A stretch of DNA of 64,000 nucleotides from assembly GCA_964304625.1 (NCBI GenBank), contig OZ199838.1, positions 10,929,607 through 10,993,606 of the forward strand, written 5' to 3'. Shown here piece after piece: positions 40,571-53,351 of this stretch. The notes beneath the pieces were generated by a model. The model searched no databases and was not told the DNA's origin. It was given only the letters and a program-made list of their open reading frames with translations. This DNA comes from Kudoa neothunni. Its lineage: Eukaryota; Animalia; Cnidaria. Position 1 is the first letter of the stretch; every line of letters begins with the position of its first letter. A program made the translations under genes and the position numbers.

Positions 40571-42026
40571 CGCGGAGTGTGAATTGTTTTTAAAATCCAA
40601 ATAAAGACGAACAAACTTGCCTTGGTTTGTTTGGCATGAATTCTGGTGCAATGAATGTCCTACACATACGAACTGTCCCAAGGATCGACGTCTTACGTTT
40701 CTATAGGTACTCAGCAAGTTTCCAAGTTGCGGAGTAATTATCACAGGTGACGCTCCTACCTGAGTAATGTAAATGGTCAATGAGCTCAGTTACAACTTTA
40801 AGACTCAAGGTTTTCTCTCTGTTTTCATTTTGTTGGCCAATGTACGGTATGATGTTGGAAACATAGCGTGTATCGCTGTCGCATACCATCCAAAAACTTT
40901 ATACCATCTCGGATGGTTTTTGGGCATGTAAATCAAAAACTTCGATCCCCCTCTGAATGGATACAACTGTTCATCAACAGTGATATTAGATCCAGGAATA
41001 GAGCTTGTCTTACAAATTTTTACAAAAGATTCGAATACATTTTTTTGGTAAAAAGACGTCATCGGACCTAACATTTTTTTCCCTAACCAATATTTATCGA
41101 ATCTAAGACAGAGCAGAAATCTTTTTGAAACGGTCACACGACATTGTTGCACGAAACAATAGTGTATCATGAATTTCGTGCCATAAAATTTTGGTATCTT
41201 CATTATTAGACTTGTTTGCTCCAGAAAGTAATAAAAGTTCCGAACAAGCTTGAAATTCTCTAAAATCTAAAGGTTTCCATCTCTCACCAAGAGCCTCTAA
41301 ATCTTTTTTGTTTGTGTAGAGAATAATTTCTTCTATTATTTCCAATTTCATGAAGTGATAAAAGGTGCTCTCTGGCGTTGAAGTATTAATATCATCAATA
41401 GATGTTCCAATCAGTTTATTGTCATCAATAATATTATTGCGGAAGTTCTTCCCAGTTTAGATTGTGACGCCCCAAACAAGTGATTTATCCTTTGAGATAT
41501 AAACATTTTTGTTGCAGGTGGCGTTATCACTTATCTGGGTCGACTCTTCGTTGTTTTTGTTGTTGTTATTGGAGTTGATTATCATATTTAAATTGTTTTC
41601 AGGTTGAATTTATGAAATATTAAATATCCTTAATTATAAACACAGCTTACAGTTTAAACCAAATTCTTCGTTTGATTCATTATTAGCCAAATAATCTATC
41701 AGTTCTATGGAAAAAAACACTTTCGGTGTCTGAAGATGAACAATCAAATGAAAAATCAGGACTCTGCCATTATGTATCGTGCCGCGATTTTTAGGGTTAA
41801 TTCAAATCACAATCGTCATAAACGTATTAAATAATGTTAACGCGAAGCCTAGTTTGGGCCATTAAATATGGGGGAAAATTTTTTCTCTTCAAATTCTGCG
41901 CATGAATAGAAAAAATGATTTCACCAGGTTACTTAAAATATGGACTTCAAAAATCCTCAATTTAAGTTACTTTAAGCCATTTAATACGCAGGTGGGTTCG
42001 TAGAGCCCACGGTTGTCGATTAAGGG
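40570..42026 (-). mobile_element. 5' part of a second piggyBac transposon (pseudogenised)
   Basis: Terminus TTTA|CCCTTAATCGACAACCGTGGG on the minus strand at 42026. Motifs IILYTNKK, FRATMSCDRF, LRFD, ITVDEQLYPFRG...IYMPK, VCDSDTRYV and GRSVTCDNY are spread over several frames. The 3' end is missing. Confidence 0.88.
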
Positions 42027-42077
42027 TAAATACGCACATTATTTATTTATAAATTAGTGTCATCCTATTAATTCTCA

Positions 42078-42262
42078 TGTTACACCCTGTAATGCAGGTA
42101 CAAAAATTTTCCCACTCAACATATTCCAGAGTATGCCGTGCATACACGGACGGCACGCGCCTGGCGTTTTATGATTGGGAGCGTGTGTGTGCCATGTAGA
42201 TGCATTCCACGGGGTGGAATGCACTGTGCGATTCATAGTGCCGGCTGACGTGAATTGTGTAT
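42078..42262 (-). ncRNA. Candidate Sm-class small structured RNA of unknown family
   Basis: GC-rich island. Minus strand has a perfect 10-bp hairpin UGCAUUCCAC-CCC-GUGGAAUGCA, a ~70-nt nested hairpin (UCCCA/UGGGA, CCAG/CUGG, GUGCCGU/ACGGCAU), then AAUUUUUG (42108-42101) and a short 3' hairpin (CCUG/CAGG). Confidence 0.5.
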
Positions 42263-44009
42263 TGATTTATAATACCTAGGTATATATACCCGTTTTAATG
42301 CTATTCTCAAGATTATCATAGGTTCAAACGTTAATGGTTGTTTCCTCATCAGAAATTTATTCAGTTTTAAGGAACGATTACGACAAATTTTTATTGCATT
42401 GCGGCACCCCCACTAATTTAGACCACGAACCTACACTGATTATTATATAAAGTACATCTGCTATTTTGGTGATCATTCTCGCCATAGACCATATAGGATG
42501 TAAAAGAGCATAAAGTTTAAAGGCACCTGCCAAGCTCCTTTTAAGGTAAGAGTCAGTTCCAATGGAGGAACACTTGATAAAACTTTGCATCTAGAATATA
42601 ACAACGATAGGAATCAGAATTCCTTCAAGTGTTTACCACCATAACGTAAATTAGACCACAATGATAAATTAATATTCGAATTGATTTCTAGGGATATTAT
42701 CAAAAAATTGCATTATTTTTAATAAAATAAGAAGCAGATAAAATAAGTACACCAAGGCCATAAACAATACGAAAAATAAATTTTCCTAACCAAATGAAAT
42801 AAATTATTTTATCAAATTTTAACCCTGGATTATAACTGTGGTGTTAGAATTCTAATTGGAAATGCGAATCAGTTTTTCACAATAATATTTTTAGATGATG
42901 AGATGAAGAGGGTTTTTTCCCTTTACACAGAATTAGTTTGTGTTAATGAAACCTATAAATTGCCGGATTCACAGTAAAAACTCAAAATTCATGTTTTATT
43001 CATTTTTTAACTCACGAGAATATTAAACTTTTGTAACGCTCCCTTATAACTAACATTTAACGATTATCCATGAAATGAGTCATATGTGTAGTGCCTGTAT
43101 CGTTTATAAAGAGAAAAAAGTTGTTTAAAACTAGTATATTAATGAATTAATATCTACTCTTCCATCGATTTAAGAATAGATATTTCATTTGTTTTTATGG
43201 ATAAAGATTTAAAATTTCGGAAATTCATGAAAATAATAACACATTAATTAAAAGATCTGATGTTAGAAATGAAGACGATTATAAGAATATGTGTGTTCAG
43301 CTCTATAGCTATAATGTTGAGGATTTAAAAAAGAATTGGGATCGAATTCGCTCACAGTGGATTGTTTTATCGGACAATGTAACATCATTAAATTCTATTG
43401 GAATACTAAGTTTTCAACCGCAGTGTACCTTCTTTCATTATAAGTAGATCTTATACTCCCTAAAAAGCTTAAGGCAGTAAGAAGACCAAAAGAGTATGGA
43501 GAAAACGCAATTAGACGGGGAAAAATATAGAAATTAAAATATTATATAATTAAATTATAAATTCGGAATTATAATTAAGTTACTCCATGGTTTATTAATC
43601 ATTTTTGCATAATTATCTGTATTTATCGTGAAATTTTAATGCACTTGCAGTGAAATCAATGAATATGTGATATTTATTTGATCCGCAAGTCCGATTTTGG
43701 TGTAAATATATCCATTAATTATTTTTCTTGTTTAAAACTGAATAATTTTACTCTCAAATGTTTAATAATATGGATACTGTTACGATAACATGTGTGAAAA
43801 ATTACGGTATATATGCTGCGTAGGTCCGAAATTAGGTGAATGAATTTTCCTATGAAAATTATAATTTTTGTAGCAAAAAAAGTGCTAATTACAAATAACT
43901 AAACAAAAATATGTAATGTTTTGTGGTTATGGAGAAATTCGTTTTCGTGGAAATAGACAGCTCCGACATGGGATGGACTATACGTTTGCGAGGTAATAGC
44001 CACTGCCAT

Positions 44010-47000
44010 AATTTAAAGATTTCACAGAAAATTATGCACGAGCGCTATTGTATTTTATTTCGAATTTAATTAATTAAATACACGATATTAACATTATTAT
44101 AACATGTAAATAATAATATTTATGCCTAAAAGATTTTATCACTTTGTTATTTATGAATTCTCAACCCATGTAATTTAGAAACTATGAGCTAATTTATTTA
44201 TTTTATCCAAAAATACTTAAATCAGATAAATATACTTATTAATATCTTTTTAAGTCGTAGTATCCTCAACGATATAGGTCGAAGGTCATTAATTGAATGG
44301 GTATTTACCAATCTTTATGAATATAACATATCAAATAGTATTATTTATTTTAATCACAAACAAAAATATTACACATGGATATATTCTATTGTTACTATGA
44401 ATAATTTAACAGTTTATTTCTAATGAGTGTCTTTTAATTGACAATTTCAGAGAAATTGTCAAAATCACTTCTACGAATGACCAAATGAATCTTTTTGTAG
44501 AATTGTGTTGACTTTAATAAATGATAAAAATCGACCCCATATTTAAAATATTTAAATAAAAAAATCAAATTCCGCTATTATTTTTGAAGTAAAGGAAAAT
44601 AAATTAAAATAATTATTTTTTATTGATATTGATGAAATTAATTAAAAGTCATTATCTAGTTATTTAATAAGATTATGTTACTCTGTTTTAAATAAAACAA
44701 TTGAGTATTGAAACAGTAAGTAGATATAATTTTTCGCCTAACGATTAAACTATTAATGAAAATAAAAATGGAACTGGTTTACGTTGTGATTGAATTTATT
44801 TTTATTCTTAGGGGTAATTTCTTCCGGAGAATTATTGTGCTATTTCATTTTTTTTAGTCCTCCTCGATGAAAATGTTGTTGAAAATATAGACAATAATAT
44901 TATGAAATTAACTTTCTTAAGTAGTGAAGATAAATATAAGTTTTCCATCTCCGGCTACCATATCGAAAATAGTAACAGAAAATGCGCACTTCAGTACTAC
45001 GATGGAGACGATTCAGCCTTAAAAGCGTTTTCCAGCATGCAGCAGTACCATATAGGTTCGAATGTGGTCCAAGGATCAAACATGTGCCTTTATAAATGTA
45101 AAAGGCTTGAATTTAAGATAAGTGTGGCAGATATAAGTAAAATAAAGTTCGTAAGATGGTGTCAAGGAAAAGACGACAAAGATGTAAAAAAATGCATTAA
45201 CAAGAGAGTCTATACTGTTAAAGGTATTTTCCAATTTAATAGTACACGTTTAAAAGTACTATATAGATATTATTATAAAAACGAAACTGACTGCGAAAAA
45301 GACAGCTAATGAATTTACTATCGGTGTTAAAAGAAAAATAAACGATGGGTTCAAGTCTATTGTCGATGGCAGCAATGAAACCACTGTGTCATCAAACAAT
45401 GAAACTTTGTTGAGAAAACTCTCAGACTAAGCTCATTATCATATCAAACTACGTCAATTGTCGAGTTCACCAACCGATCTCCCCAAATTTTTTTGAATCC
45501 GAAAAAAACCTCATGAAAACTGGTTTGTTGCAACTGGATCAAAACATACCACGGGTGGGGAAAAACTTTTTACACTATAAAAATTCAAAACCCGGAACCA
45601 TCTAAAATATGTTATTTTGGAATAAAAGAAATAAGTGAATCGCATTTTTTCCTCTCGCTGTTCGGATATGAACAACGCTGGAACCTTGCCTTCAACCATG
45701 CCACAAAGCAACATTATATCATGACTTAGAATTGAAGTTTGCTCAAGTCATTGTAGTGCCGCTAGTAAAAAATAACGTATAAAGAATTTATTCAGATCGT
45801 GACGTGTAAAATTTTTGTTTTTGTAAACTTTTTATTAGCATTTATTTAGTTGTCACTATTGAACCTAGTGTAACCATCGGTGATAATAACCAAGCCACTA
45901 TTAATCTATCCGATTTGAATAAAAATGAAGGTGTTAATAAAGTTAACCGAGGCTGCAACCATCGAAATGAAACTTATAAGCAAATATCTTGGAATAGAAA
46001 GTGGCGGCGTCAAGCCAACATGCTCCGGAACCAATGGGTGCTCCACTTCTGGCTCAATCACAATCACAAATCTTAATTCGTTAACAGAGTATGTATTGAA
46101 ACTTAAAATAAGAGGACTCAACACGTTAGATTCGCCCGAAGTAAAATTTTATCACAGATATATTTATTTCAAAACAAAAGGTAGATATAGAAAGTGGTCG
46201 TTTTCTAATTTAAAATAGGGAAGAAGTTCAAAGACACTAAACAAATTAATCCTTCAAAAAAACGGCAATGAACCTACGAAATTAAGTTTAAACGCCAACT
46301 GATCTCCTCTCAAATGAAGATAATTCAGATGCACAATGTGAACTTACTACTCAGTTAACGAGAAAGGTTCCGCGAAATTTCCTGCTACTTGTGAAGTTAA
46401 TAATCAGAAGAAATTCTGCTTTAATACATGCAGTGGTTATTTTAGTATTGTTAACCCTGAATCCAAAAAACAATATATAAAATTACCATATGCACCAAAG
46501 GATACACATGTGCTGAAAGTGAAGGAGTAGAAAGTAATATAGATATAAAAAATATTTTAATTTCAATAGCTAGTGGAGCAATACTCACTGTTTCTCAGAA
46601 TAGTACCGAGGCTCAATGGGTTACTTTTAAAATGACAGTTTCACCAAACTGAAATAGTTGGAAATTTTTGGTCTTATTTTATCTATGAACGGGTATCTAA
46701 AAAAATAGTGTTATTGATTGTTTGGATGGCAACTGCAAATATAAAGTAACAACTACAACAGAAGGAGGAAATACATTAAATATTCAATGGGCAGATCTTA
46801 ACATTGACGTCTTTTTATAAAATTGTTGTTATAAATAGAGATAAAGCTAATCCAGCTGAGGCAGAAATAACAAGTTGTATAATAAATTTAATATAAATTT
46901 AATTTTTGTAGGAAGAGATGAAACAAAAATGGATTACATGATTTTAAGATATGGTACAAGAGCGAATGCATACAATGTTATGTTTAATGAAGGAGTGATC

Positions 47001-50000
47001 GAGAGAACTGGAAAAGATTGCACAGTCAGAAGATCAAACCCTGAACTATCGGGCTACGAGAACACTGATTAAATCGCAAAGAAAATAAAAAATGTGAAGA
47101 ACTTAATATAAAATTTACTATTAGTCACAAACCTGGAAATGAATTAAATTATATATCTGTTACTTATGAAGATAGCAAGAAGATCACTTAAAAAGGTCTA
47201 CTCAAAAGGATAGTGGTGATGGTGGTCTTAAAGATGATCAAAGTTCGTCTTTAACGTTACCATCCGCAACAACCGAGGAAACTGTCAAATTCAAAAAAAG
47301 GAAAAGGTTTTTTCATATTACATAGGTAATATATAATATAAAATGATTAAATATAATTTTGTTAAGATTATTACGAGGACATTAGCTACGTAGCAAAGCT
47401 CAGCGGAGACGAATTACAACTGGGATCGGATAAATGTGAGCAGTCATGTAAATTTTACAAGGATACAGAAATACAAAACGAAGTATCTGAAGTAAAAGAC
47501 GACACAAGAACTCTTGTACTTTTGGTCATTATTCAGTACAGTTTGACGAACTAGTAGAAGACTATCACATAGATTGTCCTAAACATTTTGATTTTCATTA
47601 TTTTTATGACAATACATTTGTAAAAACCCACGCACCAGTTTTCAGTAGATTCTACTATGAACCTGGCTGTTGACGAAGTAGATCAAAAGCTCACTATTAA
47701 ATTAACTAATGAAAATCCCTCTTGAAATGTGCACTTTTGAATGGATAGACGCTACTTACTCATCCTCAAAACCAATTTTTTTCGAACAGATGTGAAAACA
47801 GAGATAATTGCTTTTACAGTATTTGTAGTCAAATCACTTTTGGAAATATACCAACAGATGTAAAAGCAGTCAAAATACGTGTTCTTAAACTAGGAATGGT
47901 TCCTATTATTGGCTATCAAAACAACATATATTTACGTAATAATATAAATATTTTAAAACAATAAGCCCATTTAGTTAAACATGGAAATGATACATCTCCC
48001 GCAACTAACAATAACAAGATCAAAGTTAATATTGGCGCTAACAATAAAGATGAAGATGGGAAATCTGTTAACGGAGTCACTTACGACCGCATGCTCATTG
48101 AAGATCTGGAATACGTATGCTCCATTGGTGAGTGAGAGTGGAAGGACAGATGTTACTTCCCCCTTTATGTACATTCTCCGATATAGAAATAACACCGAGT
48201 CCAGCTGAATTTACCTAACGATGTCATGGGTCCAGCTGAATTACCTAACGATGTCATGGTAACTATAAAAAATATACCTCATTATAACCCAAGAAAATAT
48301 TTCTACCATAGAATAAGTATTTTTTAAAATAATGGTTACTATATTACATTTTGTTAAGCTGAATTAACTGATCTATCAACTGGAGGAATCTCTGTGGCGT
48401 CGAAATCAGACGGATTCGAATTCACTCCGAGTTCATTAGCACAATCAATCACATGTACTATTTATGTGAAAGAAAAATATTCAAGGAATGGTTATTATCC
48501 AGCTATTTGCTCAGAAAATAAATTATGCGTAAATAAATGCAGTTCTACATTCACCATCATTGGGCTTTACGCTGGAGTCGCGTATGATATAAAAATAGTA
48601 CCAACCGGAAAATATAAGGATAAAGTTATAAATGGTCAAAAAACAGGTATAAATATTAATTAAATTTTTAATTAAAAATTAATAGATGGTGAGGGTATTT
48701 CATTTAAAATTTCAACTGAATCTAAGAAAAACCTTCTTATTATAAATAATATTGGCGCTATTACTGATATTAGTGATATAAATTGCTATTATCAATTTTA
48801 TAGACACGAAGGAGATGATAGTAATTAAATTTGTTAAATTACGATAAAATTTTATTTAGCTTCGCCGACTGAAATAATACAATCCTGTATTGGATGTGAT
48901 GTTAATGATGATGGTGATAATGATCCCCGAATCAAAAAATGCGGCGATATAAAATTACAAGACGATTTATACAACAAAAAATATAACTACCGATTAATGA
49001 TATATGTTAAAGGAAAATCAGGACCATTTAAAATTGCTATTCCCGGTAAAGTTGGGTGATAATACAAATTTAATATTTCTCTAGCATTCTCCAGGCATGG
49101 AGAATTAAAACAGGTAATTGTTTCAAAAGGAAACAACGCATATGATAAATTCTCCATTTCGATGTCCCAATTTCCAGACAACAACAGATGCGTTGTTAAA
49201 TTATCAAATTTTGATAACATTGCATTCGTAAAACCGACGTGCTCTTTAGGCACAGATAATGACTTTTGCTTGATGGATTGTAATTCTAGAGGTGATGAAA
49301 TTGGATTCATCAACTCAAAAATGGATCGATACGTATTGGTATGTTATGGCTCAAATGATACAGAAGCCAAAACATGCAAAAAAAAGAATGTATTTTCAAT
49401 TAAAATGGGTAATTAATAATTAATACTCATGCATTTCTATTTATAAATATTGAAATTATTCATATTTAATAATATATTCGAATATCTTTCAAATAATAAT
49501 TTTATTTGATAGATTACAAACATAAACAAATGTATACTTTGAGTCATTCAGAAGGAAAAATTAAATTTTCCTATACATCTAACTCATTGACAAATTGGAA
49601 GATTACAGTTGATGGTAAAAACGATGAATTCAGCAAAGATCAAAATAATGTTTTGAGTCTACCAAGTTATTCCGACACCATATCGACTATGTCTGCCTCC
49701 CTGCCAGTAGATAGATTCATAAGTTATTACAAAATTGATTCCACACATATGTGGCCAGGAATAATCTATTACACTAATAATACATACTTGCATGAAACTA
49801 TTCCTTTGAAGTCTGACATCATATTTTCCATTAGCGGCGTTAGTGCAAGTAATAAACAAGTTAAAATACACTTCTCGCCTGGCCCTTACAATAATGAAAT
49901 GTGTCATATCAAAGTATTTGAAGTTGATAATGTGGGTGCAGACAAAGAAGATATTATTTTGAATAAATGTGGAAATATTGTTGATGGTTGCTACCAACTC

Positions 50001-51722
50001 TGTCAAGACGGCATCATTATTTTGACGGAAGGACGAGAAAAACTTGGTGTAATCGTACAGAGAAGATTTGATAACAGAAAATTCAAACAATACTTCAAAA
50101 GTAAACGAATTTATCATATTTGTCACTAAGACATTATAGGAAACGATAATGGCTTCACATTAAGTGACATTACAAAAGCAGGAGTAACAATTACTGGACT
50201 CGATTCTTACAACCATATTAAAGCTGACACTAATTCTCCAGTATGCACAATAACAACATATAAAGCGAATATTATTCCCAACAAAACGAGGACTAAACAT
50301 ACACAAAATAATTGTGAAGCTTCTCATTCAATTGGTTCTTTGGATGCTGGTACAAATTATGTGATTTCAGTTACAATTACTAACCTTGGTTTCAACGGAA
50401 ATTACGTAAAACAGATGATATTTAGAACAAGTAAAATTTAACTTAAACATCTCAACGTCTAAATAAGTTTAGAAGAGGGGGACGATCTATCTGTTAATAA
50501 TACAAGTGCAACAATTAAAAATGGAATGGCTACAGTCACACCATTTCGAGAGGATGACTCACTACCAATTTGTAGAGTCTATCTTGATAAACAAGATGAT
50601 GCGGATAAAAAATATATGGCGACTTGTGAGGGAATGGGAATTTGCGAAAACAAATGCAATAATGAGTTCAAAATAATAAATCTAGAATTAGGAAAGACCT
50701 ACAAATTGATTGTGGAACCATCCGATGGGAAGAAGATTAAAACCTATGATATTACCACAGGTATGACAAATTGAACATTTAAAAAATATAGCAGGATTTA
50801 GTGGATGAGGAAACAACGGTTAGTTATAGTTATAAAGACGGAATCGAATTGAAATTTCGTGTGAATTTTAACGATAAATCACAGAATAGTAGATGCCCAT
50901 TCATACTGAAGGAGAAAACAATTGCTGCTAATATTTTATCAACGGTAACTTGGTGTAACGATGACGAGGACTGTTCAGCCAATGGATGTGTCATCGATAT
51001 AAGTGGATTGTCTAAAGAAAGTGATTATGTATTATCAGTGAAAGTGAAAGATTATTCTACCTATAAAGAATATGATATTCCATGTAAAAAACATTTCTAA
51101 TATTGTATATGTATCAGATATTAATATTTATTTAAAAAAATAGATTCAAAATTATCAAAAACAACAGGGTAATGAAAATTATTATATTTATTAATATTAT
51201 AATTTTAATAGTAATTAATGAAAAATGAAAAAAATATTGAATCATTATTAGAGGAGCAACGAATAAGAAGTGAACACGAAAACATCGAAATAGAAGATTT
51301 TGTAAAAAAATTCATAAGAAAAGTTGAAAAAGGGTAAATGATGAAAAATTTTGTATAGATGTACTTTATTTCGTATTTAGTAAAATATATATAATCTATA
51401 CATATAAATTTCCAACTATGAGTAGGTAGAAAACAGAAACAAGAACATACAATTGCGAAGAATATCAGCTCGTAAATTTCATTAAACTTATTCATGTGTA
51501 ATCTTAGAATAGATCTATTGGCCTATACATGTAAATATGAAAATCTATTATTTATATCTTTTTTAGTATTTATGCTCTGGTACCAATTGTTTCTTCAATT
51601 TTTGTGGTTATTGGTATCGCCCTTTACTCTAGATGCTCCAAGGATTTCAATTACGAATTATAAAATATAATGATTGGACGTTTAGTTACTTTTTTTATTA
51701 TTCCATTCTAATATTTTAATAA
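44010..51722 (+). repeat. Arm B of the ~7.6-kb inverted segmental duplication (partner 10045-17660)
   Basis: Collinear reverse-complement match to arm A; near-identity begins at ~44225 (equivalent to ~17453) and ends at ~51722 (equivalent to ~10045). Confidence 0.97.
44768..51663 (+). CDS. Gene B: paralog of gene A (Cys-rich FN3-like type I membrane protein) with apparent frameshifts in the 5' half
   Basis: Same ATG exon (44768), exon order and terminal TM exon (stop 51661-51663) as gene A. Numerous 1-nt indels between ~44800 and ~48250 and a 30-bp tandem duplication at 48199-48259 break the frame, so this is either a pseudogene or sequencing error. Confidence 0.7.
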
Positions 51723-52420
51723 TTGTCTGTGCTGAATTTTGACATAAATCCCCTACTCTCAAATTAACATAGGATTAGCGAAATCCAAAAAAAATATGAA
51801 AAACACAACGAATACAAATCTAATTTATAGTACAGAAGGTGACCGGTTTTACGTATTTTTTAAAAAGCAACCCAATTTGAATAATCAAATATACAACTGA
51901 TACATAATATTTTTTTAACGTTTTTGTTAAGAAATTAAGATCTAAATAATATAATAAGATTGAGAAATTCCCAGATTGTTGATCACGTGACTACCAATTT
52001 TCCGCATTTTTTGGAATTTTTTTGAAAAAAGGATGAATTTTTCTTAATATTCAAAGGAATTAAACTATACGATAAAAAATCAAATGGTCACGTAAATTCA
52101 TAAATTACGTCCACCATATCTACCCAACAGATGCCAAATTTGTTGACATAAAACACAAAACGTGTCCTTTATATCCAACCCCTATGGCATCTTAAAAAAA
52201 TAAAATTGTTTAAATGATATAACACAAACCTTTTATTGTTTTCGTTTTATAATTTGTTAAAATGATTCTAAAAAATGATCCAAGTTTGACAGAAAAGGAT
52301 CGATCGATCGATCATGCTCGCGATGGAAAAAGCTATATTCCAACAAAAATATTTTGACGAATTTTGTGTAATAAAAATAACTAATTGTTTTATTTCTACG
52401 AAAAGGAAATTATTTGTTTC

Positions 52421-53351
52421 TTAACCTTCTAAATAAAATGGGGTAGATTTCCACCCCAAGTGAATTTTGCCAACATTAGTATAATGTATAAATGGAACAT
52501 AACTCCTCTCCACCTTTTGTAATTTTCTTTCTTTACGAAAGCTCCCAGAAAGATGAGTTGAAATTTTTGTTTGTTATATTAATAAAGTTAATGTAAAAAC
52601 ACCTTCCAAATAAAATTGAGGTAGAAATCTATCCCACATTTTTCTTTCATAAAATTATTGAAAATATTGATAGCTGTGATTTTTAAAAATTAACGGAAAT
52701 TCCATTGAGTAAATAATGAATAAATAACGAAACATTATACATGTGTGCTCGGTGCGAACGCGCGTATCGATATAAGCGTGTCGTTCTCTCCAGAATATAA
52801 CGATAACTCCCCATTCTCTCGGTATTTTTAAACCAGTTATTCAAAATACGATGACTTTTCATCAGTTTTCTTATTTCTACGTTGTATGGAGCATCCAAAA
52901 ACATACGTGAAAACTGTTAATTAATATTCTTAGTTTCGTATTATAGAGATTATTAATAAAACATATGTATAATTTTTCAATATTTTGACAAATTTTGTGT
53001 TTGAGAAAGAGTTTAAAAGCATGTATGATAACTTTTTTTGAAATAAGCACTGTTTTCTATCATTTTGTGTTTTTCTGCGCGGTTTAAAATAATATAAATT
53101 GACATGCGGCAGTTATAAAATTTGAATTAAATGTTAAAACTAAAAAACCGTAGAAATACATCGATAAATACAATCATACTCCACACCATAGAAATGCAGT
53201 AACATTAATATGTGTGCATGCGTACATATAATATAACTTTAATAATTGGTCATTTATTCAAAATTTACTTGTTGAATCTTCCTCATATTTTGTAATTTAA
53301 TTTTGAATTTTATTAGGAGGGTGTAAATTTTTCAGCTACCTTGAAGGTTAA
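52421..53351. mobile_element. Non-autonomous piggyBac-like element
   Basis: TTAA|CCTTC at 52421-52429 and GAAGG|TTAA at 53343-53351, with loosely matching subterminal GGTAG...ATTT.CACCC motifs. Confidence 0.55.

Noticed and set aside
42078-42290. Possible U1, U4 or SRP RNA identity for the structured island
   Set aside because: No ACUUACCUG 5' end or GAUCACGAAG loop (U1), no U6-pairing 5' region (U4) and no SRP helix-8 motif. Kept only as an unassigned Sm-site RNA candidate.
42378-43500. 70-aa minus ORF and weak transposase- or helicase-like words
   Set aside because: No recognisable domain, splice structure or termini.
48199-48259. 30-bp direct repeat that could suggest a CRISPR-like or recombination site
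   Set aside because: Only two adjacent copies with no spacer, inside a eukaryotic exon; a local tandem duplication or assembly artefact.
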